The notes under the pieces are model-generated. The model did no database searches, was not told the DNA's origin, and saw only the letters and a program-made list of their open reading frames with translations. DNA of 64,000 bases, from positions 416,001 to 480,000 of the forward strand of contig CAWJQQ010000002.1 of the NCBI GenBank assembly GCA_963845065.1, given 5' to 3'. Shown here one piece after another: positions 40,087 through 49,592 of the stretch (positions within the stretch are counted from its first letter, which is position 1; each line of letters opens with the position of its first letter). Source of the stretch: Nitrospirota bacterium (GTDB taxonomy: Bacteria; Nitrospirota; UBA9217). A program made the translations under genes and the position numbers.

Positions 40087-40794
40087 TTGGAAGATAAGCA
40101 ATTGAAATCTGCTATTGAAGCACTCCTTTTCATCTCGGGCAATCCCCTGTCCGTAGACAGACTCAAAGGCATCTTTGAAGACGCGACTATAGAACAGATC
40201 GAAGCACAGTTCCAAGCGATCAAACAGGAGAGCGACGACCGGAATGCGGGGATTACGCTGACAGAAGTAGCGGGCGGGTATCAATTTGCAACGAGACCGG
40301 AGAACGTTGCCTGGGTCCGGAAGTTCAAGGCTGTAAAAGTCTCAGCTAAATTATCGAGGCCGGCCCTCGAAACGCTGGCCATAGTGGCATATAAGCAGCC
40401 AATCACTCGAATGGAGGTGGAAGCGGTGCGCGGTGTAAACATCGGTGGCATCATTCGAAACCTCATGGAACGCCGTCTCGTAAAAATCGTTGGCAAAAAG
40501 GATGTTCCGGGCAAACCTCTACTGTACGGAACCAGCTCGGAGTTTCTCCAGTATTTCGGATTGAAGGACCTCTCGTCCTTGCCGACGCTTAAGGAGTTTC
40601 AGGAGCTTGAAGCAGGGGAAGAGGTCATGGAAGAAGTCCCGCTTAAGGGAACGGACGGGCCATCGGACGGGGAGACGGCCGCGGAGGAATCTACGTCCGG
40701 AGAATCCGTTGAACTGGAAGATACAGAAAAAAGCACGGCATCTGGAACGGAACCGGTTACGGTGGATGCGACCGAGGAGAACGTGACAGGATGA
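40087..40794 (+). CDS. scpB: Segregation and condensation protein B with acidic tail
   Basis: IEALLF, VAGGYQ, LSRPALETLAIVAYKQPITR..VRGV, FLQYFGL..LP. Confidence 0.96.
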   Translation: MEDKQLKSAIEALLFISGNPLSVDRLKGIFEDATIEQIEAQFQAIKQESDDRNAGITLTEVAGGYQFATRPENVAWVRKFKAVKVSAKLSRPALETLAIVAYKQPITRMEVEAVRGVNIGGIIRNLMERRLVKIVGKKDVPGKPLLYGTSSEFLQYFGLKDLSSLPTLKEFQELEAGEEVMEEVPLKGTDGPSDGETAAEESTSGESVELEDTEKSTASGTEPVTVDATEENVTG

Positions 40795-41735
40795 TCGAAA
40801 TACAGGATGCTCTGCGAAAAAAAGAGATATGGGCTATCGGCGGAGGCAAGGGCGGTATTGGTAAAAGTCTGATCACCGGCAATATCGGCATCCATCTATC
40901 GCGCCTGAAAAAAAAGGTCCTGCTGGTGGATGCTGACCTCGGCGGTGCAAACCTTCATACGACCATCGGCCTTGGAGTCCCAGAAGTGACGCTCTCCGAT
41001 TTCCTGAACCGGCGTGTTGAAAACATTCAAGACGTAATCATTAGCACGTCCATCCCGAACCTCAGTCTTATCAGTGGCGCACAGGACTTCCTTGATGCGG
41101 CCAATCCCAACTTCGCCCAGAAGACGAGGCTCCTCCGGCATCTCGAGACGCTCGATGCGGACTATATCCTGCTTGATCTCGGGGCGGGTACGTCGTTCAA
41201 TATCCTCGATTTTTTCCTCTTCTCTGACCACGGCATTCTGATCGTTCTTCCAGAACCAACCGCTATCGAGAATGCGTACCGGTTTATCAAGAGCGCTTTT
41301 TACCGAAGGTTCAAAAAAGTTGTAGCGAACCAAAACATCAAAGACCTGATCGATGCTGCCATGGACCACAAGAACACGATGGGCATCCGGACTCCCTACG
41401 ATCTTATCGAGCGCGTGAAAATGATGGAACGGGAAGTCGGCGAGATCCTCGAACTCGAAGTGCTCAAGTTCAAGCCCAAACTGATCGTAAATCAGGTGCG
41501 GACCAAACACGATATCCAGATCGGATTCTCGATGAAGAGTGCATGCCAGAAATACTTCGGGATCAGCCTTGAGTACCTGGGTTATGTTGAGTATGACGAC
41601 TGCGTCTGGCAGTCGATCCGGAGCAAACGGCCTCTAGCCATAGAATATCCGTATTCCCGGCCGTCACGGTGCATTGAGCGCATTGTCCATAACTTGCTCC
41701 GAAAGGAACAGCTCACGGCAAGCATGCTGTATTAA
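40791..41735 (+). CDS. MinD/FlhG/ParA-family P-loop ATPase
   Basis: GGGKGGIGKS, LVDADLGGANLH, LDLGAG, PEPTAIENAY. Confidence 0.9.
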   Translation: MIEIQDALRKKEIWAIGGGKGGIGKSLITGNIGIHLSRLKKKVLLVDADLGGANLHTTIGLGVPEVTLSDFLNRRVENIQDVIISTSIPNLSLISGAQDFLDAANPNFAQKTRLLRHLETLDADYILLDLGAGTSFNILDFFLFSDHGILIVLPEPTAIENAYRFIKSAFYRRFKKVVANQNIKDLIDAAMDHKNTMGIRTPYDLIERVKMMEREVGEILELEVLKFKPKLIVNQVRTKHDIQIGFSMKSACQKYFGISLEYLGYVEYDDCVWQSIRSKRPLAIEYPYSRPSRCIERIVHNLLRKEQLTASMLY

Positions 41736-41889
41736 AAATGTTCACAGCAAAGGTACCAAGACACCAGGACGACAAAAGAATATCAGTGGATTGACCAAAG
41801 CCTTGGCGGATCCGTAAAATACTCCGTGCCTTTGTGTCTTTGTGATGAAATCAGTTTAGCCTCTTCCAGTTTTGAGAGAGGATAAAAAC

Positions 41890-42573
41890 GTGCTCAAAAA
41901 AATTGAAAACCTGAATTACTACGAACTGCTGGAGGTTAGCCCCACTGCCACCTCGCAGGAGATCCATAAGGCATATGAACGGGTCCGGAGGATCTACGAG
42001 CCAAACTCCATCGCACTGTATTCGTTATTCAGCACCGAGGAGACTGCTGCCATTCACCAGCGAATCGAAGAAGCTTACCGTACCCTTGTATACGAAGACA
42101 ATCGAAAACGGTATGATGAGATATTAAGACGGCAGAATGATTTGCCGGAAACGTCGCCGCCTCCCCTACCACCGAAATATAAGAACCCGCCAGTTCAACC
42201 GGCGCTCTCGCTGCCATTAGACAATCATTACGGGGACAGCATGGAACCCTCTCAGGCGAAGGCAGAAGTGGTACCAGCCATCCCAGAAAAAGTTACCCTC
42301 GTGTCTCAATTCATTTCCGAGTTTTCCGGCGCCGCCATCAAGATGCTGCGGGAACAACACGGTCTAAGCTTACGGGATGTTTCTGATGCCACAAAGGTAA
42401 GTGCCCGATATCTTGAAATGATCGAGCAAGAGAACTTCCTTAAACTTCCGGTCCGCGCCTATACACGGGGATTCTTAACGCTTTATGCCAAGGCCCTTGC
42501 CTGCGATCCAGATCGCGTGACCGCCGACTACTTGAAACGCTATGACGCTGCACGGGCGCCAAAGACAAAGTAA
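41890..42573 (+). CDS. DnaJ-like N-terminal domain plus RodZ-type (HTH_25) helix-turn-helix protein
   Basis: NYYELLEVSPTATSQEIHKAY..EAYRTL..RKRYD (no HPD motif); LREQHGLSLRDVS..YLEMIE..YTRGFLTLYAKAL. Confidence 0.85.
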   Translation: MLKKIENLNYYELLEVSPTATSQEIHKAYERVRRIYEPNSIALYSLFSTEETAAIHQRIEEAYRTLVYEDNRKRYDEILRRQNDLPETSPPPLPPKYKNPPVQPALSLPLDNHYGDSMEPSQAKAEVVPAIPEKVTLVSQFISEFSGAAIKMLREQHGLSLRDVSDATKVSARYLEMIEQENFLKLPVRAYTRGFLTLYAKALACDPDRVTADYLKRYDAARAPKTK

Positions 42574-43051
42574 TGGGAACAGGTGCAAGTTCACGATATT
42601 GATTCACAAGCTTTATCCGGTTTATTCTCTTTCGCGCATCCTGTATTTTCTTTATAGTCTGCCGTTTACGGCCTTTCTCAGGTCTCTCTCCTTCCAGATC
42701 CCGCAAATCGCGGGATAACTGATCAGATCTAATATCGTCGATGTCACCACGCCGCCATCAGGTGCTGCGATCAGCTTCATAACGTCCGAGCCAGTCCCGT
42801 TTAAGAACGTGATTGGCACGTGGCCTGCGATGAGCACCGCCGACACCGTCATGATCTTGGGCCTGATTCTCTTAACCGCTCCTTTCATCACGGAGGCTTC
42901 TATGTCCTGGAGTGCATTGATCCTTCCTTCCTGGTGCCACCGGTTGTACGATAAATCAAAGTAAAGCAGCATCACAATGCCCGTCTCCGCGTCGAGGTCC
43001 GTCAGGGAGATTACGCCGACCCAAACCTCAGTACTCATTTGGTAGCCTAGG

Positions 43052-44421
43052 TGACAACTGTCACGACATCGTGCACTAACGTTCTTTGACAATCGAGTAG
43101 CCACATTCTGTACTATCATGGACACCACTAAATACAAAGGTGGTGTTCATGAAAAAGAAAGTGCAGCAGGAACGAGCGGCAACTGTGCAACGGTATCTCG
43201 CCGGAGAAGACCCGGAGAGTATCTGCGCCTCATTGGGTAGATCGCGGCGATGGCTGTACAAGTGGTTGGCGCGGCATATCCCTGACGATTCTGCTTGGTA
43301 TGAAGATTTATCACGGCGTCCCTTGGTAAACCCTCACCGCACACCTGCGGAGATCGAAAAGATCGTCGAGATGGTGCGATGGCGTCTGTACAACAATGAT
43401 CTTTTCTGTGGAAGCCAAGCTATTCTCTGGGAAATGGAGGACATGAACATTCAGCCGTTTCCCTCCATTAGTACAGTTGACCGGATCTTGCGCCTCCGTG
43501 AATTGACCTATAGGCGGACCGGACGATATACTCCAAAAGGAAAGAAATATCCGTCGCTCCCGGCGCTCTTGCTTAATCAAACCCATCAGGTTGATCTGGT
43601 CGGCCCTTGCTACCTTACCGGCCCAATTCGTTTCTACAGCCTGCATGCGGTCGATACTGCGACCAACCGATGTGGTATAGAGCCGATGCCCTCCAAAGCA
43701 GCGCAAAACGTTTTGGACGCCGTTCATGCGGTTTGGCTGCGCATGGGCATCCCGGAGAACCTTCAGGTGGACAATGAGATGGCCTTTTTCGGGAGCCCGA
43801 TTCATCCCCGCGGCATGGGGCCACTTATTCGTTTCTGCCTGCATTATGGCGTTAAGCTATGGTTTATTCCACCATCCGAACCGTGGTGGAATGGAATCGT
43901 CGAGAAGTTCAATGACCATTACGAACAGAAATTTTTCGACAAGGTTCCTATGGCCTCATTGACGCAGCTTCGGCAAGAATCACTGGCATTCGAGCACTGG
44001 CATAACAGCACCTATCGCTACAGCAAACTTAAGGGGAAAACGCCCCTCAAGGCGTTGGCTGCTACAGAGAAGAAATTAATCTTCCCGAGCAAGAGAGATA
44101 CCCCAAAGCACCCCTTGGATAAGCCGGAGGAAGGTTCCTATCACCTCGTACGATTCATTCGAAGCGAATGCCGGCTGAATATCTTTGATGAAATATTCCC
44201 AGCTCCATCGGAGACCCAATACGAATACATTGTGGCTACTGTCGATGTCAAAGAACAAAAGCTCAAGCTCTTCTTGGATACGATCCAGGTAGAAGAATAT
44301 CCTTATTTGCTACGATGCCCATTGAAAATGGTCACGGCATCGGAAGATCAGATGGTTTCAGAGTTTCGATTGAACGATGTAGTGACAGTTTTTCTTGTGC
44401 ACGATGTCCTGACAGTCATCA
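43052..44421 (+). mobile_element. Complete IS481-family IS, 1370 bp, 6-bp TSD CCTAGG
   Basis: IRL TGACAACTGTCACGACATCGTGCAC and IRR (rc) TGATGACTGTCAGGACATCGTGCAC; CCTAGG at 43046-43051 and 44422-44427. Confidence 0.9.
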
Positions 44422-44426
44422 CCTAG
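43149..44426 (+). CDS. IS481-like DDE (rve integrase core) transposase
   Basis: N-terminal HTH (LGRSRRWLYKWLAR); HQVD, LQVDN, NGIVEKFN, HNSTYRYSKL..TP. Confidence 0.88.
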   Translation: MKKKVQQERAATVQRYLAGEDPESICASLGRSRRWLYKWLARHIPDDSAWYEDLSRRPLVNPHRTPAEIEKIVEMVRWRLYNNDLFCGSQAILWEMEDMNIQPFPSISTVDRILRLRELTYRRTGRYTPKGKKYPSLPALLLNQTHQVDLVGPCYLTGPIRFYSLHAVDTATNRCGIEPMPSKAAQNVLDAVHAVWLRMGIPENLQVDNEMAFFGSPIHPRGMGPLIRFCLHYGVKLWFIPPSEPWWNGIVEKFNDHYEQKFFDKVPMASLTQLRQESLAFEHWHNSTYRYSKLKGKTPLKALAATEKKLIFPSKRDTPKHPLDKPEEGSYHLVRFIRSECRLNIFDEIFPAPSETQYEYIVATVDVKEQKLKLFLDTIQVEEYPYLLRCPLKMVTASEDQMVSEFRLNDVVTVFLVHDVLTVIT

Positions 44427-44770
44427 GAAATAGAGGTACCAGACCGCGTCCACAAGCGAGAATGGGACTTCCAGTAGCACAATCGTGGCCTTTGAGAGCG
44501 CTTCTGTGTTGAGATAGATCAGCACGATAACATAAATAAAACAGTTAAAGGCAGGCATGCAAAGTATAATATTTTTTGTGAAACGCTTGCTGTGGTTGAT
44601 GTAGTATTTGATACAGACAGCCAATGAATTACAGCGCGCCAATAAATCTAAAGCTTTCATTCTCGAGTAGAGGGATTACCTGACCACTCCTCATTGTTGA
44701 GACCATGGGCATGTCGTGGGGAGACTCGGTAAACAAATGTAGATGGAAAAATGGAGGAGGAAGAGGCTTG

Positions 44771-45610
44771 CTACCTCTCTATTTTGGCAAGACGGTCCTT
44801 AGCTATTTCCGCTTCATTGGAAAAGGGATGATCCTTGATGACTTTGTTCAAATACTCCTTCGCTTTGATAATATTTTTCTCACTTAGGTACGAGAGTCCG
44901 ATCTTAAGCTTTGCACCGGCTACTTTATCGCTTTTGGGATAGTTTTTGATGACCTTGCTAAAAGCCTCAATCGCCTTGCTGAACTCTTTCTTCGAATACA
45001 AACATTCACCGACCCAGTATTGCGCATTATCAACCATGCTAGTTTCGGGAAACTGCACTATATAATTCTGGAAGCCAGCGAGAGCAAGGTCAAAATTACC
45101 CTTGTCGTAATCGCTTTTCGCCTGTCGATAAACTTCGGAAGGCTCAATCGTCTTGGGAGATGAGGACTTCTCCCCGGCCATCGCTGTCGTCTGCCCGGCC
45201 GAAACAGTCGCTGTCCCCGCACTCAGCATCTTTATTTTTGTCTCAATCCCATCAACCCGTGCTGAAAGTTCTGCGATTTTGACAGCCCGATCGTCCAGCT
45301 TCTGGGCAAGCTCCGCGATGCGAAAATTGTTTTCTTCAAGTTTGCCCTGAAGTAATTGTAAATCCGTAGTTAGCTGATCGGTTTTGGCGCCGAAATCAGC
45401 CGTTACCTTCTGCACATCCACCGAACCCTTGACATTAGTATCGAGAAGATCGAGTCGCGTCTGCATCTCCCGAACACGTGCCTGCGTGGTTTTCACATCC
45501 TGGCGCAAATCGGTCATCTCGGACTGAGTCCTGACCAGTTCGGCCTGAGGGGCACAGGCGACCAACAGCACGAGAATACCCATGATGGTGATTAGAGGCT
45601 TGGTTGTCAT
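44771..45610 (-). CDS. cpoB: Tol-Pal associated protein CpoB/YbgF
   Basis: Lipoprotein-like signal LVAC, coiled coil, TPR (NAQYWVGE..YPKSDKVAGAKLKIG); follows pal. Confidence 0.9.
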   Translation of the reverse strand: MTTKPLITIMGILVLLVACAPQAELVRTQSEMTDLRQDVKTTQARVREMQTRLDLLDTNVKGSVDVQKVTADFGAKTDQLTTDLQLLQGKLEENNFRIAELAQKLDDRAVKIAELSARVDGIETKIKMLSAGTATVSAGQTTAMAGEKSSSPKTIEPSEVYRQAKSDYDKGNFDLALAGFQNYIVQFPETSMVDNAQYWVGECLYSKKEFSKAIEAFSKVIKNYPKSDKVAGAKLKIGLSYLSEKNIIKAKEYLNKVIKDHPFSNEAEIAKDRLAKIER

Positions 45611-45739
45611 AAGGCTCGTAAGAATTCCTTTAAGGCGGTGAACGAAAACCAGCCACGGGGAGAGATGGAGGGAAAAAAGGAGAATGCGGGGATGTTCTCC
45701 CGCATTACCAGTTTTTCCTAGTTTCATGAACCCCCGCCC

Positions 45740-46297
45740 CTACTTCGTCACGGCCACGAAATCATCTCTACGGTTTTTCTGCCAGCAGTCTTCGGTATGT
45801 TCCGAACAGACAGGCTTTTCCTTGCCGTAGCTGATGAGCGAGATTCGTTTTGCCGAAATCCCCAGATCGGTAAAATACTTCTTTGCGCTCGTTGCGCGGC
45901 GCTGACCAAGGGCTTGGTTGTATTCCTTGGTTCCTCGTTCGTCGCAATTCCCCTCGATCCGGATCTCTACTTTCGGGTTGGCTTTAAGCCATTCGGCATT
46001 AGCCTTCATGGCGGACCGTGCGTCGTCGCGGATAAAAGACTTGTCGAAATCGAAGTAGATCGGCTGCAAGCTGGCTGATGTGACCGCGGCGCCTTCGTTA
46101 GCCGCTGGCTGGACTTCTTCATTCTTCTGCTCAGCCTTTTGTTCGACCGCCGGCTCTTCCTTGGCAGGCGCGACAGACGGAGCGGTTTCCTTCTGTGATT
46201 CCGGCGCAGTAGCTACTTCCGCCTTTTTGGGACAGCCCCAGAGAACAAAGATACTCAGCAACACAATAACCGGAACATACATTCGTAGTCTGCTCAT
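45740..46297 (-). CDS. pal: Peptidoglycan-associated lipoprotein
   Basis: LWGC lipobox; IYFDFDKS, EGNCDERGTKEYNQALGQRRA, SYGKEKP, NRR; AGGAGG RBS before ATG 46297. Confidence 0.95.
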   Translation of the reverse strand: MSRLRMYVPVIVLLSIFVLWGCPKKAEVATAPESQKETAPSVAPAKEEPAVEQKAEQKNEEVQPAANEGAAVTSASLQPIYFDFDKSFIRDDARSAMKANAEWLKANPKVEIRIEGNCDERGTKEYNQALGQRRATSAKKYFTDLGISAKRISLISYGKEKPVCSEHTEDCWQKNRRDDFVAVTK

Positions 46298-46760
46298 AAT
46301 ACATCCTCCTCTATTCTGATGTGTCAAAATGAATTCGACTAGACAAGCTAATGCAAAACGATACGCGAAGAAATACGTTCTGAAGATAGCATACAACCCA
46401 ACCCTTGTCAACGGCAAATGATTTTTTACCCTCTGGGCATCCTGTTGCAATGGGCATGGCATCACTCACAGTCATTGTTCCAAGGAACCTTCCGCACAAT
46501 CTCGCTGAGTTGTGCTCCTATGTGGCTTGAAATCGATGTCGCTTAAACTGTTATCCTATGCGGCACCATATTTGAGTCGTTCGCATGACTTCTCGAGTCG
46601 GTAACTTTTATGTGCGAGTCATGCTTCAGCAACCTTTTCATAGAATCATCGCCAACCATGCATTCGGGACGCTCAGTCCCGTGATTGCGGTGTCGAATAG
46701 CCGTCCTTGTTTTTTCTCCTCAGTGCTCTAATGGTTTTCCCCTCTTCTGCTAGTCGCGGG

Positions 46761-47270
46761 TCACCAGCCGTTGTGGTGGACCCGCGAACCGTTGAAGCGG
46801 GCCTGTGCCGGCTTGATCTCCGCCGGGAACCCAAGTGGAATGAGAGAAAACGGCACGACGTGTTCCGGCAGACCCAACAGCCGCCGAAGATTTATGATGC
46901 GGTCTTCCGTCGGATATACACCGCACCAGACCGAGCCAAGCCCTTTTGCATGGGCGGCGAGAAGCATATTCTGCGTCGCCGCCGCGCAGTCTAGCACCCA
47001 GTGTCCTTTGTATTTTTCCAACGTCGTATCGCCGCATACGAGGATAGCCACATGAGCCTGTTTCAGCATCCCAGCATAAGGATGAAACTTCGGGATCTCA
47101 TCAAGGATCGCTTGGTCCGTCATGACAATGAAGTGCCACGGCCGTTCGCCCCCCGCCGAAGGGGCGCTCATCGCAGCTCTCAAAATTTCATCGATCACTC
47201 CGCGGGAAACAGGCTTCGGTGTGTAGAGCCGGATACTCCTGCGAGTAAAGATCGCTTCCAGTGTTTCCAT
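46761..47270 (-). CDS. Nitroreductase-family flavoprotein
   Basis: RRSIRLY, APSAG..PWHFIV, DCAAATQNMLLAAHAKGLGSVW. Confidence 0.93.
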   Translation of the reverse strand: METLEAIFTRRSIRLYTPKPVSRGVIDEILRAAMSAPSAGGERPWHFIVMTDQAILDEIPKFHPYAGMLKQAHVAILVCGDTTLEKYKGHWVLDCAAATQNMLLAAHAKGLGSVWCGVYPTEDRIINLRRLLGLPEHVVPFSLIPLGFPAEIKPAQARFNGSRVHHNGW

Positions 47271-47293
47271 ACTATCCTCCTTACCGCACCTGT

Positions 47294-48262
47294 TTAACGC
47301 TCTTTCATCTGATAAGCCCGGACCAGGTCCTCGACACCCCGTTCCAAGGTATATTCAGGGTGCCAGCCGAGCAGGCGCCTGACTTTTCCATTGAGAAACA
47401 GAAGATTACAAGTCGCAAACTGAACATAGGTATTCAGGCTAAATTTTACATGAAAGACATCCCCAATAAAGTCTATGATTTTCGACGGTACACTCAGTGC
47501 CACGGTCGGGACAGGCAGGAGCCTGAATTTTTTCCCGAGTGAAATAGCAATGGTATTGAAAAAATCATACCAGCTGTGAGTTAGACCATCGGTAAGATTG
47601 AATGTCTGGCCTATGGCATCCTTCATTATGCCCGCGAGATAAATGGCTTGGGAAAGATCTTGCACATGAATGAGCGGGGCGACATTATTTCCCTTTCCGA
47701 TAGAGGGGAAGCCAAGCGGCCCGAATCGATCTACGGCAGCAACTAAATTTCCGAAGTACCGGGAGCCTGTTCCGAAAACCACTCCAGGCCTGATGATGAC
47801 ATACTCTGCCACTGTCTGCGCTTCAAGAATTTCTTAACACTGTCTCTTATAAGCGGTGTAATGCTCCTCAGGAACAAGCTTCGGTTTCGTCTCTTCCGAG
47901 GCCGGAACCGCCGAGGGAATGCCTGCCACAGTCAATGAACTGATGAAGATGAATCGTTTTATGCCGGATTTATCAATGTTGTCTAATATCTTTTCAACCA
48001 GTCGCACGTTCTTCTTCGCTGCAAGGGGTGATACGTTCCTCAACTCACCGATATGGTAAAATACGTCCATGCCCGCCATCGCATTAATGACCGAGCTGGC
48101 ATCCTAGAGGTCCCCGGGAAAGAGAGAGACGTCTTTCCCTGCGAACTGAGCAGGTAGTTTATCCTTTCGTCCGAAGAGGCGGACGGTATGTCCGTTTTCC
48201 GCAAGAAGACCAACAACTTTGCTGCCAATGAACCCCGTACCGCCGGTAACGAGTGCTTTCAT
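47294..48262 (-). pseudogene. NAD-dependent epimerase/dehydratase (extended SDR), single frame with two internal stops
   Basis: MKALVTGGTGFIG start at 48262; TAG at 48104-48106 and TAA at 47834-47836 in frame; YTAYK, IRPGVVFG, IHVQDL motifs. Confidence 0.88.
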
Positions 48263-48274
48263 ACATGCCAGCTT

Positions 48275-49312
48275 TCAAGCGTCAATAAAGCACTGCGGAT
48301 CTTCTGCGAGGAAATCTTCAATGCCGCGCGAACACGCATAGGCAATCGCCCGGCATCCCCTGCACTGCGCCCACCGGTCGCAGTTGCGGCACTTGCCCTT
48401 GTATTTGCTCCGATCCCGAAGAGCAGCGAGGACCGGCGACGTTGACCAGATCTCACGAAGAGAATCTTTCGTCACGTTGCCGAGAGAGAGGGGCAATCTC
48501 CTGCAGGGCGTAACATTTCCATTAGGAAGGATGGTCAAGCCGGCAACACCTGCCGAACATCCACTGCTCGCAACATCTCCGGCGTCGCCGTTCGTTTTCT
48601 CCCGCATCTGTGACGCGACCGGGTCTCCGGTCACGATTTCTATATCGTCATGCTCAAGCGATAATACTGTTTCATAGAGGCCTCTCACCTGCTCCCTGGT
48701 GAGCATCTGGGAAAGCAAGGATCTGCCTTTCCCGGCAGGCACGAGGCGGGAAAACCCGACTCGTTGCGCTCCTACATGTGAGCAGAAAGCAATAACTTTA
48801 TCCACTGTCGAAGCATTGATGGCTGAAAGCGTAACGTTCAGCGTAACCGGAAGTTTAGCATCGACGAGGTACTCTATTCCCTCTTTTGATGCGCGGAAAC
48901 TCCCCTTGCCCCGAATTGCATCATGGACATCCTCTGGACCTTCAATACTAACCTGAACGCCATCGACACCGAGATCACTAAGACTCCGAGCTCGATCCCT
49001 GCTTACTAGTGTCCCGTTGGTGAGAAGGTACATTTTGAATCCCTTCTGCTTGATTTCTCCAAGAAACTCGAAGAGGTCTTTTTTCAGGAACGGTTCGCCC
49101 CCGGTAATATTCATGCTTGGAGAAAAAGCGATCCCGTAGATGTCTGACCAGTCCGCGATCATGTCCGACACTTCGCCGATCACTCGTTTCATTTCAGTTA
49201 GCGGCAGCTCTTCTTTGCCCTGCTCGCCCTGGTAACAGTGCATGCACCGAAGGTTGCAGTTTTCCGTTAAATGCCACTGGATAAAAAATTCGTAAGGTTT
49301 ATTCGTTGCCAT
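48275..49312 (-). CDS. Radical SAM/SPASM-domain protein, candidate peptide maturase
   Basis: CNLRCMHC (CX3CX2C), TGGEP, SIEG; SPASM cysteines GCSAG..TPC..GKCRNC..QCRGC..DPQC. Confidence 0.93.
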   Translation of the reverse strand: MATNKPYEFFIQWHLTENCNLRCMHCYQGEQGKEELPLTEMKRVIGEVSDMIADWSDIYGIAFSPSMNITGGEPFLKKDLFEFLGEIKQKGFKMYLLTNGTLVSRDRARSLSDLGVDGVQVSIEGPEDVHDAIRGKGSFRASKEGIEYLVDAKLPVTLNVTLSAINASTVDKVIAFCSHVGAQRVGFSRLVPAGKGRSLLSQMLTREQVRGLYETVLSLEHDDIEIVTGDPVASQMREKTNGDAGDVASSGCSAGVAGLTILPNGNVTPCRRLPLSLGNVTKDSLREIWSTSPVLAALRDRSKYKGKCRNCDRWAQCRGCRAIAYACSRGIEDFLAEDPQCFIDA

Positions 49313-49383
49313 AAGAATGATAAAATGATGCTAAGTGAGAATATTTTTTGATAATGCGATTATGATCTAAAAAAGATAAGGTA

Positions 49384-49440
49384 GCAGATATGGCTTGCAA
49401 CACTGAACTGTTAGCACCGGTTCGCGCCAGCCATATCTGC
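49384..49440 (-). other. Long stable hairpin between the precursor and maturase genes
   Basis: GCAGATATGGCT...AGCCATATCTGC, 12-bp perfect outer stem with further inner pairing (GAAC/GTTC). Confidence 0.75.
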
Positions 49441-49452
49441 AGCTTCGGTTTC

Positions 49453-49468
49453 GTTGCTGACCAGCAAC
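49453..49468 (-). promoter_or_regulatory. Candidate SECIS element for the peptide UGA codons
   Basis: GTTGCT-GGTC-AGCAAC, very similar to the E. coli fdhF SECIS upper stem-loop GGUUGCAGGUCUGCACC; stem starts 10 nt after the second UGA. Confidence 0.75.
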
Positions 49469-49469
49469 T

Positions 49470-49592
49470 TTAGCTCTTTCACCCCTTTCATTTGTGGCAT
49501 ACCGTGCCAGGATTTTGCTTATCGAGTAGCTTCTTTGCGGCCCAGTACGCAGCTTCTTTTGCGAGAGTGTCTTTGCTCATAGCCTTTTTCAT
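49470..49592 (-). CDS. 40-aa candidate RiPP precursor with two predicted selenocysteines: MKKAMSKDTLAKEAAYWAAKKLLDKQNPGTVCHK-U-KG-U-KS
   Basis: RBS AAAGGAGGTG (49601-49610), 8 nt before ATG 49592; TGA at 49488-49490 and 49479-49481; TAA at 49470-49472; SECIS-like hairpin; adjacent rSAM/SPASM gene. Confidence 0.8.

Larger units (their letters stand above)
42652..44545 (-). pseudogene. Degenerate 3' fragment of a CusA/CzcA RND efflux permease, interrupted by the IS481-family element
   Basis: IVLIYLNT..IVLLEVPFSLVDAVWYLYFL (44428-44545) rejoins GYQMSTEVWVGVI..DAETGIVML..GAVKRIRPKIMTV..GTGSDVMK (to 42652) when the IS is removed. Confidence 0.8.

Noticed and set aside
47834..48106. TAG in the SDR as pyrrolysine or stop recoding
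   Set aside because: The same frame also has a TAA, and TAG is used as a normal stop elsewhere in the window
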